The notes: a model not told the origin generated them from the sequence alone. 64,000 nucleotides of DNA from Lepidodermella squamata (GCA_047495785.1 JBLDXI010000029.1:3720001-3784000), one strand, 5' to 3'; counted from the first letter of the stretch, positions 37,716-49,040 are shown. Made by a program: numbers and translations.

Positions 37716-40700
37716 TTAATAATCAGCCATCATCTGTTCAATGCGAGTTAATAAATCACTGAAATTAGGTCTGTCCTCAGGGTCATGAGACCAGCAAGGT
37801 TCGACGACATCTGCGAATCTGAAAAGCAAAAAAATTATGCGTCATCTTCTTAGATTATTCCGGGGCTCACGTTTTTTCAGGGCAGCGAATAGGTCGATTG
37901 AGGCGTAGGCCGCTGCAAACTTTCACAATGACGTCCGAGTTCTCTTTCAGTTCGCTGTAGGGTGACTCTTGGCATCCTAAAACATAAAAAATCACAAAGT
38001 GTAGAAAACACATGAGGAAGCGTATGAAGTAAGGGGAGGCTATTCATGGTAGCTTTAAACACAGGAAAAATCACAGGAGGACTATTTGGTCCGATAAACT
38101 CGGGACCCTAGGAACCCCGCCTCCCCACCCCCTATCTCCACCTGAAGGATTCTACTTTCTGGATACTTTATGGAATTAGGAAAAATGCAGAAAATCTGTG
38201 GGATATACCTTATTATCGGGCTCAGTCGATATACGTAGCAATATCTTCAATAATATCTAAAAGCCATCATACCAGAAAATATTTCCCACATGACGACTCC
38301 AAAAGACCAAACATCAGCTGAGGTGGAACATACGTTCCGTTCGAAAGATTCAGGTGGATGCCACCTGACTGGAATAGGTTTACTAGACCCATCGTATATG
38401 GATGAGAAATTGTCTTCTTGCGATGCCAGAATTCTGGCCAGGCCAAAGTCGGAGATTTTAAGTATTTCCTCGTCTGAAACAAGAACATTGCGACAGGCAA
38501 GGTCACGATGAATGCAATTCTTCTGAGATAAATACACCATTCCACAACAGATCTGACGGCTGAAATCCAATAGTTTAGAAACATCGACGTTATCGATCGA
38601 TTTGAGATATGATGTCAGAGCTCCATTCTTCATGAACGGGACAATTAAATTCGGCTCACTTCGAGACAGTATCGTCCCAATCATTTTAAGAACATTTTCA
38701 TGGTCAAATTTACTCATAATGAAAATTTCGTTGATTAGAGCTGTCGCGTCGCATCGATCTGTTTTGATAGTTTTGATAGCTACTGATAGTTCCGGCTTGT
38801 CAGGCTGTTTCAGAGTTCCGTGCCAAACTTTGCTGAAGTAGCCCTCACTAATGACCGATCCTTGTTCCAGCCAGGAGTCTTGAAGTTCGAGCGATAGCAG
38901 TAAATTGAGATCGTTATTATCCAAGTCCATGCGCCGCACCATATCTCGAAAGTCTACTGTATCGACGTATTTCGAACATTTTTGTTGGTAATCAGAGGGC
39001 TTCCTTGCCACAGCAACTTTTCTTCGACGATACAGCCAGACACCAAAAACCGCGAACAAAGTGGCGACACAAAGCGAGACGACTGACAGAATTATCGCCC
39101 AATCTAATATTCCATCTAACGAAAAACGAAAAATACATGAAGCCCGTATTTAGGTATTTAGGTGAATTAACGGGAATTAAGAATTAAACTGGATTCAACT
39201 CGAAAGGGTTTTCGATATGAAAGCTGGGATCTTACCCGAATCAGCTGAAACCTCGATCCCCGCTGTATTGAAAAGATATGTCCCTGTTGTAGTGACATAT
39301 TGGCTGATTCCAGCGGTCGCTGTGGTGAAAACTGGAATATAAACGAATCTCTTTACACACGAATCCCATTGAAGAAGTATTTTGGCTGGCAAACAAGCTC
39401 GTTGCTCGAGGATCCAAGTGGAATACGCAAGTAAATTCACGAAAACGATAATATTCTCATGAGCTAACATCTTGTTCTTTTTTGCGTAAATTCCAACCTA
39501 TAGAATTTGGGTCGTTCAACGGTTGAATATTCTATAAAGACTATTACCAGAATTAATCTAGGCCCAATCAGTGTTGCAGGGTTGTAAGGCTCAATCAGAG
39601 CCAACACCGCCCCCTCCATTAGGTCCATTCCTTTGACTTCAAAATTTGCGAAAAAGCATAGCAGAGAATGATTTTGCCATCCTATAGCTGAATTGCATGC
39701 CTCGGTGGTCATCAGTCTACCTGATAGGTAATAGTACTTCGAGCCACTCCTGATGCCATACACCAAAGCTGTGCCGTCCCAATCTACAATTTGGAAACTA
39801 CTGACCGGAATCCCAAGAGAAAATTTCAGCGATTCATATGAAGTGTTTTGCGGTGACAATATCAAGCTGAGATCCTCATTTTCAACATGATGCGTTGAAT
39901 TTAGAGATTGGACGCATTGCGCTGTTGATATGACAACGAATCGACCAATTCTAGCGGCTAAGCAATCTGCAGAAATTTCTTCCAAGAAAGAGCTTGAAAT
40001 TTTGAATTCCGCCAGGCCTGATTCAGCTGAATGGATTGGGAAGTCTCTTGCCATGCTTTTTTCGCCCGCCGGGTCGTGGAAATAGCGGCATGCGTCTTGA
40101 ACTTCCACAAGTTCTTCGAAACTCAACGCAGCGGCGTAAAGTCCACAGCAAGAAATGTAACCTACGATTGCGTTGGCATTGGTACCGATGTGCAGGCCCT
40201 CAATTGTTTCTCCGATAGAAAAATCTGAGCCTCCTGTAATTTCCATAGCCACGCCATCTTCCAGGAATACAGATAGCTTCGGACCATTGAAAATCAATGC
40301 TATGAACTGCCAAGTGTTGGGAAGTAACAGCCCGGCTAAGGTTAACGGCGAAGATCCGTTATTGAAGTCTATCATGAGATCGCCTTTCGCTGCTATAATA
40401 CTGACGTTGCCAGGACTAAATTGCAGGATTTTCTGCATTGTTAGATCTGTGAACAAATAGAATAACACTGTGATAGATTTTGCTTCGAACATGTTCGGAA
40501 AATCGATAATAATTTGATGTGAGAGTGGAGTGCTTGTTTGCAGGTCGTAGAAAGGTCCAGTTTCAAAGCTATTATGATAAGGAATCTCCGGCCCGTGAAG
40601 TCTGTTCGGCCCGACGTCGGACCATTCGCGATGAAAGTTCAACGGCCAGAGACCTGTGAGTGCAAACGTCCTTGGCCAAGTAACTCCTGAAAAATGGTAC

Positions 40701-42274
40701 AAGAGCAACTCGAACACTCACACAACTCAAACTCCAGCTCACCCATTGAAACCTTTGAAACAGTTATTGTACTCATTATGTCTTGCAAGCTCGAAATTTC
40801 TTCCATCTCAGTGGTAATTGTGAGTTCGAAATGACGCCGTAATGTAATGAACAGCTTGGCGATCGTTTCGCTGCAATATTCCTGAATTGTACGTGAGGCA
40901 ATAGCAACTGGCGGTACCTTACCTTGCGGACTCATCAAATGCCGTGACAACCAGGCTATTCAGCGTTACGTTCTCTGCGATTTCAGCATCGGAAACGATC
41001 TGAAAAGCGGGAGATTAAAGCTAGGTAAAGTTCTCCATGAACTAACCTTTTCTTCAACTGCGCGCTTCAACCTAATCGTTTCAGCGCTCAACGGGTTGGC
41101 ATATCCAGGCATCCATGTCTGATTCTTGAGCTTGATCAAGCCGATGACTAGCCCTGTTTCATTGTCGAATAAAATCTCAATCGAAAAGTTATATATCGGC
41201 CTAAAATTTGATTCTACCAACTTTTAGTTGTATAGCCTTGTTTCAAATTGGTTTTGACCATGCTATCCCTTAACTATCATCCCAGGTATGATGAGGGCAG
41301 AGAACGAAATAGGGTGTTCGAGTTGGGGGATATTTTCTGGGGATTTTGCCACGAGTTGTCCGAGATTCGCTTGAAAAAGGAGAGGAAGCGGGGTTTTTTC
41401 AGTCCCGAATTTCGGACCGAAGGGTGGATTTCCGGGTTTTCTTAAGCTGTGGGGGTGCGGTTCTCCCGAATCCCCTGAACTTAGCACTTTGCCGCTAAAC
41501 TGACTTACATATTTGACGGCTGGCCAAATTCGTGTGTCGATCTCGAGTGCCATTTATCAGAGACGAAAGCTCTTCGCTGCTCAGAGTGCTCGAATACAGC
41601 ATCCAGTTAGAAATAGCGTCTTGTGGAGTTACTGACATTTGTCTGTTACTGCCAATGTCGTCGAACCAAAGTCTTGCTGTACCAACATCTAGCAGATATG
41701 AATCGAGAAGCAAAATTTCTTTAACCTTTTCCGAAATTCTTTCAACATAGTAATCTGGACCTTTCGCCACATATAACGTGCTTTTCTTCTGTTTTCTGTT
41801 GTAAGTAATCGCGATGAAATGCCACGTGTTAAAATCGATGATTCTAACATCAAAAATCGTTTCTATTGAACTCGGACTTACTCCGAATCCAACCAGTAGT
41901 CGATCTGGAGGACTTAAAGCGGCCAAATAGCCGCCTCCTCTATTGAAAACGAAGTCGTACAATCCTACATTTTTTGACTGTGAAGCGGAGAAGAAGAAAA
42001 AAGAAATAGTGAAATCGCCAAGCAGGTCCTCCAGACGATACGCTAGCACAAAATAAGAATTTGTGGAAAGCCGCTTGATGGTGTAGGATGTGTTGTAATG
42101 GCCAAAGGGACCTGTCAGCATGGCCGAGGGCACGCTCAGCGATGAGGAGTCTATCAGAGTGTAATTAGTAGGGCTTAGATCCTGAATACCAGCGTCCGAG
42201 TCAAACGCGAAGTGCAAGCGCAATGTCGACTGCACGGCTGCAATGTTAAAAACTGATATTAGGTAGACAAACAT
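37716..42274 (-). CDS. RTK type B, copy B2 (same architecture as B1; one splice acceptor reads CG at 41167-41166)
   Basis: Signal MFVYLISVFNIAAVQS; LamG1; SEA GLIKLKNQTWMPGYANPLSAETIRLKRAVEEK; LamG2 + CLAARIGRFVVISTAQCV (exon 40686-39548); TM; kinase; last exon ends ...RPNFSDLLTRIEQMMADY*. Confidence 0.7.
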
Positions 42275-42329
42275 GACCCTTTTCTCGATCTCAAAGAAAA
42301 ACGTCATGTTCAATTCGTTATATTTATTG

Positions 42330-43259
42330 CAGGGTTGCAATATTCACAGATCGCGGCCAATTTATACATGTTTAAACGTTTAAACCGTTTAAACATGTAA
42401 AAATATATGTTTAAACACCGTATAGAAATTATAATACTAAAACCTAGAATTCGACGCCCTGCCTTTCACCATGTTATTGCTTTCTTACCACACTACTCGC
42501 CTCCACCGCAAAACAGACATCACCATTGAATTCCTCGTCAAAAGTTACCCTAGAGGTTGCCTAGAAAACGATTAGCAGCATTTACTCGAGATGCTCAAGA
42601 TGCCAACCCGTGAGCCATGAGGCGAACGGATCTGCTGGTGGAATTCGCTAAGAAACATTGCGGTTGACTTGTCGATATATCACGCTGGACTGTTGAGCTC
42701 TTGCCAACAAAGAAAGTTAACAAAGAAAATGAAAGTGGACCCGCCGGATCGAATGGCTTTTGCAGAATTTTCATACCCATCGCCGCTTCCGAGATAGGTT
42801 TACTTCCGGTCCAGATTACTTTATTACAGCAATAAAAAATGACCAAAAAAAATGCTGTTAGTTGTTTTCTAGACAATTATCTAGGGTAACTTTTGACGAG
42901 GAATTCAATGGTGATGTCTGTTTAACGATTGCAGTGACCTTAGTTATAGAAAAAGAGATCGATGAAGCTTAAACCTGATAACCCCTCGTTAGCAACCCGT
43001 GTTTATCCTGCGTATAAACTACATCCCAGACATCCCAAATCATCGTATGATATTGTATAAAGCCTCGATATGTAACAAGTAAGAAAAATGACGACATTCG
43101 CGCAACTTTCACCTTGGTTTGCTTGTTACAGCGGACAAAACCTGCTACGTTACTGTATATGTATTTAAACATTTTTACATGGCACCAAAACTTTATACTG
43201 TTTAATCATGTGTTTAAACACGTGTGTTTTAACAGACTGTTTATACAAGTGCAACTCTG
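42330..43259. mobile_element. Non-autonomous hAT element in the B2 5' region, containing a nested MITE (42511-42923)
   Basis: CAGGGTTGCA...TGCAACTCTG termini; perfect 8-bp TSD ATTTATTG (42322-42329 and 43260-43267); GTTTAAAC subrepeats. B1-like upstream sequence resumes at 43268. The nested MITE has ~43-bp perfect TIRs starting AAACAGACATCACCATTGAATTCC. Confidence 0.92.
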
Positions 43260-43993
43260 ATTTATTGAATTTCAAACAAATTACTGCACTCTGTTTGATA
43301 TCGATAAGGCAAACATAATATTAGAGCGCAGCTGCTGATTTTATTGTATTGGAGAAAGGAGACTCGCATACAATAGAAAACGTGTTTATCGCACATTTCA
43401 CAAATCTTAAGTGATTACCAGCTCTCAAATTATTAATTTCGCTATTTTTACAGTTCCGCCTCTAGATATAAACTTTCACGCAATGTCACGTCGCATGAAT
43501 TTGAATTTCGAATTATAATGTGAAGATAATGAAATCGCGTGCTTCAGCAATTTTCAGCCGAGCCAATAGCAATGCTGTGGATTCGGTAGTTCCATTAGGA
43601 AGTCCGAACTCAGAAATCTCTCAGCGTTAGGGTAACAACTTAGAAATGATTCGGCCTGCCCGAGACAAATTTAATGTAGGATTCTCGAATAGGGGCCCAA
43701 ATTTATGTCCAAAGGGCCCCCTGTGGTTTTTTTGTGTTTCCCACCATGGCCTTGCGAACTAGGAGTATGAAACCCTATTCCCCGCGGTACTTCGTACTCA
43801 ATTTTTGATAGGGAATGCTGCCTTGTTGATACATTTTGTTTAGCAATTGTGCCGAGTCCACAATTTATGTGCGATAAGAACAGCAACGGCATTGTTAATG
43901 CAACACTGAGCCCTCTCAAGTGTTCACCTTCTTACGTTTGGCATATGTTAGTGCACCTATGCCAGTAAATATGGAGCATTGAGCCTCATTATA

Positions 43994-45955
43994 ATGAAAA
44001 CTTCGTCACTGCAATGCATATTTGTTAGCCTGCTTTTAACTGCAAATATTAGCTTAATTCTGATTGGCAACTATTATTTTTGCAAGAAGCCAGTAACAAC
44101 TCTAAATTCTGAAACAAATACATCCACACCAGCGAATTTAACCGAAGATCAGTTAGTAGAAGAGAGGAGAAAGTTCAAATTTCGCGGTTGCAACTCCATC
44201 GAAAGATGGCAAGAGGAACGAGCTAAACTTCGAGCCGCTGAAACAATCGAATCAAACAAGCTAGTCAACCAATTCAACCTCACTCGAGTCGCTCATTTCG
44301 TATTACATCCTAAATCTCCCCACAGAAAATTCACTTTCAAAGTAAGCCTAATTATTGACGATTTTGAATGATAACTTTTGTTCGAAGAATTATATTAGCC
44401 TCCTCAGTGCTGTTCGGTTTCTTGAGCCAGACGAAGTGTACATTCACCTACCATCCGAGCCCGAACCAAACGAATCATGTTATCATCACTGGTGGGAAGA
44501 AGCTCTAGCCACTGTACCTTTCCTACGGCTCCACTACACGAAAAACATCACTTTACAAGAAATTATCAGTTCGATTCGAAGTTCAGGTGGAGGTTTTGTG
44601 ATCCCCTTGGCTGGAATTGTCTTCGGAGGAAGCGCAACTTCTCCAAACATCCGAAGCTCTCATGCGAGAAGAATCTCCATTAAAAACCCTAGAGAGCTTA
44701 TTCTCTTCAAAGAAGAACAGATCGCATCTATTTCCTGCACCGACTACCTACCAGTGAAAAAGAGCAAAACCTTTAATGGAAGTTTCGTGATGGACGAGGA
44801 TCAGTACTATGGCTTAGAAATCGACCCAAACGCCCCAATCGATTTCTGCTACTCGATACCAGATAGAGTCGAATTATATCCTGTTGATATAATGACTGGG
44901 CAAGAGCCGTTTGCCAAACTGGCTCGGACCCTGTTTTACGGAAAAAAGGAAGAAATGTTCGTAAAACCAGCTCGTTACAGTATTGAAACCACGATTCCAC
45001 TGATTTGCCACTACATTTGGATCAATGGGTCAAATTTAGAGTTCGATTCTTTCCTCAGCATGTTGAGCTGCCTTAATATTTTAGGGTGAGTCTGAGTTTC
45101 GTGTTGAGACCCCAACTATCACAGGATTTTCTTGATTTAGAGCCGATATTTTTATTCACGGTTCACTTCCTCCATCTGGATGGAGATGGGAGAAACTGCT
45201 GGTAATGGGCGGGTCCAAGGTCCGATTCATTCGAACCCGGCTCCCCGAGATGGTCTATGGTAACGTGGTTTGGGAAAAGGCGCATATCAGTGACGTTTGG
45301 CGAGTTGAGGTCCTTCTTCGATACGGCGGTATCTACGTGGACTGGGACGCGATTTTCGTCAAACCCCTAGATCCATCCCTGCTAAAACACGACGCTGTCC
45401 TATGTTTCGATATAGTCAAATACCCTGATTATCCTGACGTCGTGAGTAATGGAGTTATGTTAGCTAAACCGGGCTCATTCTTCTTCCACCAAGTTCAGGT
45501 TTGAAATTTACTTAATTAAACTGGCTTAAAATAATTGGATTTCGTAGAAATCAATGAAGGATTTTCGTTCAAATGCGACTGGCCTTGGGCTGATTCCACA
45601 TTTTTACAACTCGTTGTTTCTTTACTACAAAACCTATGAGTGCTACCCAGATAGCGTGTATCTCGAACCTCGGCTTCAAGTTATCTGCTACGACAGCCGA
45701 TGCCATCCAACATGGCTGCCAAATTACAAGGATCTCGAGCTACATTACGACATTGATTGGCTGGCGGGGGAAGCCTATGCGCTGCATAACACTTATCCGA
45801 TTCCGAACGAATTCAAATCGGAGGAGAATTTGTTGAAAGCTAATGGAACTCGCTCTTTCTACTTTGATATTGCTCTTAAAGTTCTGAAGCATTCGGGAAT
45901 CGAACTGAAATATTTGGCAAGTTATAAGTCCAACGAACTCAAAACTCTTCATTAA
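43994..45955 (+). CDS. Type II membrane GT32-family (alpha-1,4-glycosyltransferase-like) protein. Exons 43994-44341, 44388-45085, 45141-45498, 45548-45955
   Basis: N-terminal TM; IPLICHYIW; AHISDVWRVEVLLRYGGIYVDWD (DXD motif); SNGVMLAKPGS; phase-consistent 46-55 nt introns. Confidence 0.88.
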
Positions 45956-46359
45956 GAAGCGCATTCGACCTTTGCAGTAAAGTCAAATCATGATCGACGA
46001 TGAGGAGCCGAAAAAGCCGAAGCTTCACACCACTTGACTAATGGATATACATAGTTTTACCTCGTTATGAATGATTTTATTGGAATGCCTATCTACCTTA
46101 ACCGGATAGCAGGTTGAAAACTGATTCGAATCCGGTACATGGGTTGAAATCATACGATAATACGAGGTTATTTGACTGTTCAATTCTAATGCGAACTCGC
46201 ACCCCGTATAATTTCCATCTAAAATTCAGGCTATTCTTTGAATAAATAATAAATTGCGAGAATCCTAGCTGTGCACCGGTATCAATTATTGAATTACGAA
46301 TTACGAAAACCATTTGTTTACTTCTTCATATGACAATCCCACAGCAACCGATATCGTAA

Positions 46360-46367
46360 TATAAATA
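46360..46367 (+). promoter_or_regulatory. Candidate TATA box of the LamG-EGF gene
   Basis: TATAAATA followed ~20-25 nt later by Inr-like TCATTTCAGT, with the ATG at 46399. Confidence 0.45.
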
Positions 46368-46398
46368 GCACTGATTCCAGTCATTTCAGTGCGAAAAA

Positions 46399-48165
46399 AT
46401 GATTTTCCCATTGTTTTTCCTCACTCTGATGCCCTTTGCTTTTGGTCAGGAGTGCGTAGCGCAGTTTCTGAACAATCAAGCTAATCTACCTAACCCAGTC
46501 ACCTTTTGGCCAATGAATGCGTTATTCGGGCTTCGAGACGTTTCTGGTAACAACATCAATGCGAACTTCGCCGCTACAACTGGAGAGCTGACAGAGGGCC
46601 CTGATGGACTGCCGAACACAGCTTACCAAACGAACAAGGCAGACACGACGAGTTGGATAGTTGCGAACACCTCAGCCGTCAACATGGGCGCATCTTCTTT
46701 CACCCTTGCCGGATACGTCTACGCGCCTAATCGAGCCGCAATCTATGAATACTACTCAGGCACGACTGCCCTAGCCTGGTTGTGGAATATGAATCGATAC
46801 AACCTGTACGACATGCAGCCTAATGTACTCACCGCCAATAGTGCTATTGACGGAGCTGCAGAGGGGACCTTGTCGTGTGACTTCTCGAAATGGCAATTCA
46901 TAGCGCATATCTACGACGCGGCAACAGCGAAGCACTACGTGTATTGCAACACAACCATCAGCAATTTAGCCCCACTGCCTTATGCTCCTAAGACAACTGA
47001 TACACTCATCTTCGGTCACAGGTTTCTTTAAGCGTCTTAAAGTTTCTTGCTACAGCGTGTCCAATAAGTAACACAAGTAAAGATAATACACGGAAGAGGG
47101 TTACTCTAAAATGAGAGACAACGTCATAATATGTCATAACTTATGCCTGAAAAATCATTAGAAAAATTCAAAAAGTGTGAATGAAAAGTCCGGAGAAATT
47201 TTGCCCAACCGGGTAAGATACCGAAAATGACAAAACCTATTACCATCGGGGTTTTCTTCGGTTAAATCGGTTGAAGGTGGAATATTCTCTCGGTAGGTTC
47301 AATTTTTTAAAATTAGTTGAAATTTCTACAAACAATTGTCAAATCAAAAAATAGATAATTGGTACAGGCTGTAAAAGCTCGTTTTTTCAACAGAATGCCT
47401 AATATGTACATTGGAGGGTCGTTTGACAACAAGTATGCATGCCTTTCGCTGTGGAAAGCTGCACTGACCCTATCGCAACTTGCGACCATTCGCCAACAGT
47501 GCAATCTTATAAATCGTAACAGAAATTGTCCATTTGAACCTATTTGATTTCGGCATTCCCTGCGTAGAGATATCTTGCAGCAGCAAGTGTTTACCTGGTA
47601 GCTGCGTCGGAGATTTGAACAGCATGGGCGGTTATCGATGCACGTGCCAAGACGGCTGGGAAGGTTGGGACTGCAGCGTTCGTAAGTTATAAGCGTTCGA
47701 AGCGTTCGAGTTTCTTCATTTTCACTTTCTTTATTTTCAAGCGACATGCAACCCAGGTTGCGGCATTGGAGGAAGATGTACGGCCCCAAATACGTGTACT
47801 TGCGCCCCGGGCTGGTCTGGCAGTCTCTGTGAATTGCGTTAGGAATTAACGAGAATATTAGGACCATGAACACAAACCTTTCTTTCAATATTTCCTAGCA
47901 TCATGTGCTTCAGGCTGTGAAAACGGTGGGACTTGCATTAGGCCCAATCGATGCGCTTGCACAGATGGCTGGTTGTCTCCCGACTGCCTCACGCGTTAGT
48001 CTTGAAACGACCTTGATTAAGCTCTCGGATCTGAGTTCCTTTGTTTCGCAGCATCTTGCCCGAAACGATGTATCTATCGCGGAAAATGCGTCGGTCCTAA
48101 CAACTGCGAATGCAAGCGAGGCTGGACTGGTGAAGACTGTTCTACAAGTTCTACAAGTTCTACAA
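46399..48165 (+). CDS. Secreted LamG/ConA-like + 4 EGF-like protein. Exons 46399-47021, 47394-47515, 47568-47681, 47742-47837, 47899-47994, 48052-48165; the 3' end is unresolved (probably continues to ~48.5-48.7 kb)
   Basis: Signal peptide; FWPMN...[11 protein letters not shown]...WQFIAHIYD. Four phase-1 EGF exons, e.g. [29 protein letters not shown] and [28 protein letters not shown], are missed by the ORF track. Confidence 0.85.
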
Positions 48166-49040
48166 GTTAGTTTGGCCACGACACTTGAATTGTATGTAAA
48201 ATGTTTTTCTCTCATAGGAGCTGAAGGTGTGTATCGACGGGTGAAATTCTTACCCATATTATAGTCACCGTCTTATTTTGCAACAGGTTATTGTCAAACT
48301 GGCGCATGCTGATTTACCCTGTTACAACGAAATGTGACACCTAATTTCCATTCTTACACATGTTGCAGAGAGGTGAAGACACAGCGAATTTAGCATTTAG
48401 CCTGAATCGTGATATATACATTACAACAGTGCTCCGCAAACTCGGTTTTTCCGAGCGGCCGGTGGGGCACTTCCTGGTGGCCGGGAGGCTTTTCACAGAT
48501 GATTGCTGGAATGTGGCCGGATACACCACTTTTTCGATCATGATGCCAATAGCAGCCTAGTTTAGACTATTTTCAGCCAAAATTCTCGTTAAATATCGGA
48601 AGAGCAAGTAATTTACAAGAATTGAAGTGGAAACCCACGGGAGTCATGCAGGGCTATCGGGTATCCGCGGGTTACAACTGTGGCCCATTCAGGAAGCTGT
48701 AGGTAGTAGTAAGCAATTGCTTCTATTGACTGTGGGGAAGCAGTCGCCTTAGCTGAAGTTCGCTCTCAAGGCCTGTAGAATTTACCTGTAAATAGGGTCT
48801 CTGTAATTAACCTACTCCGCTAAACGCAATGTAGAACTCTCGCGAAAGATCATTTATTAAGCAAAAAGTTGCTTCAAGCTGCAAAGAATAGAAATTAGCG
48901 GCCGAAGAAAGAACAACAGCAGCGTTAGTGCGGCCGGAGAAGGGTCGCATTTTGTCTGCGGCTGGAGGCCAGGTTTTCGACCCACCAAAAATGCCGACGG
49001 TGAAAAAGTTTCCGGAGCACTGTCATTACAACATCAGAAT

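Noticed and set aside
42275-42340. ORF-track N-terminus MQPCNK... for B2
   Set aside because: The first codons derive from the hAT TIR; the signal-peptide-like start is at 42274.
47313-48264. ORFs 47313-47888 (-), 47905-48264 (+) and 47910-48257 (-)
   Set aside because: Off-frame or antisense to the EGF exons of the LamG-EGF gene.
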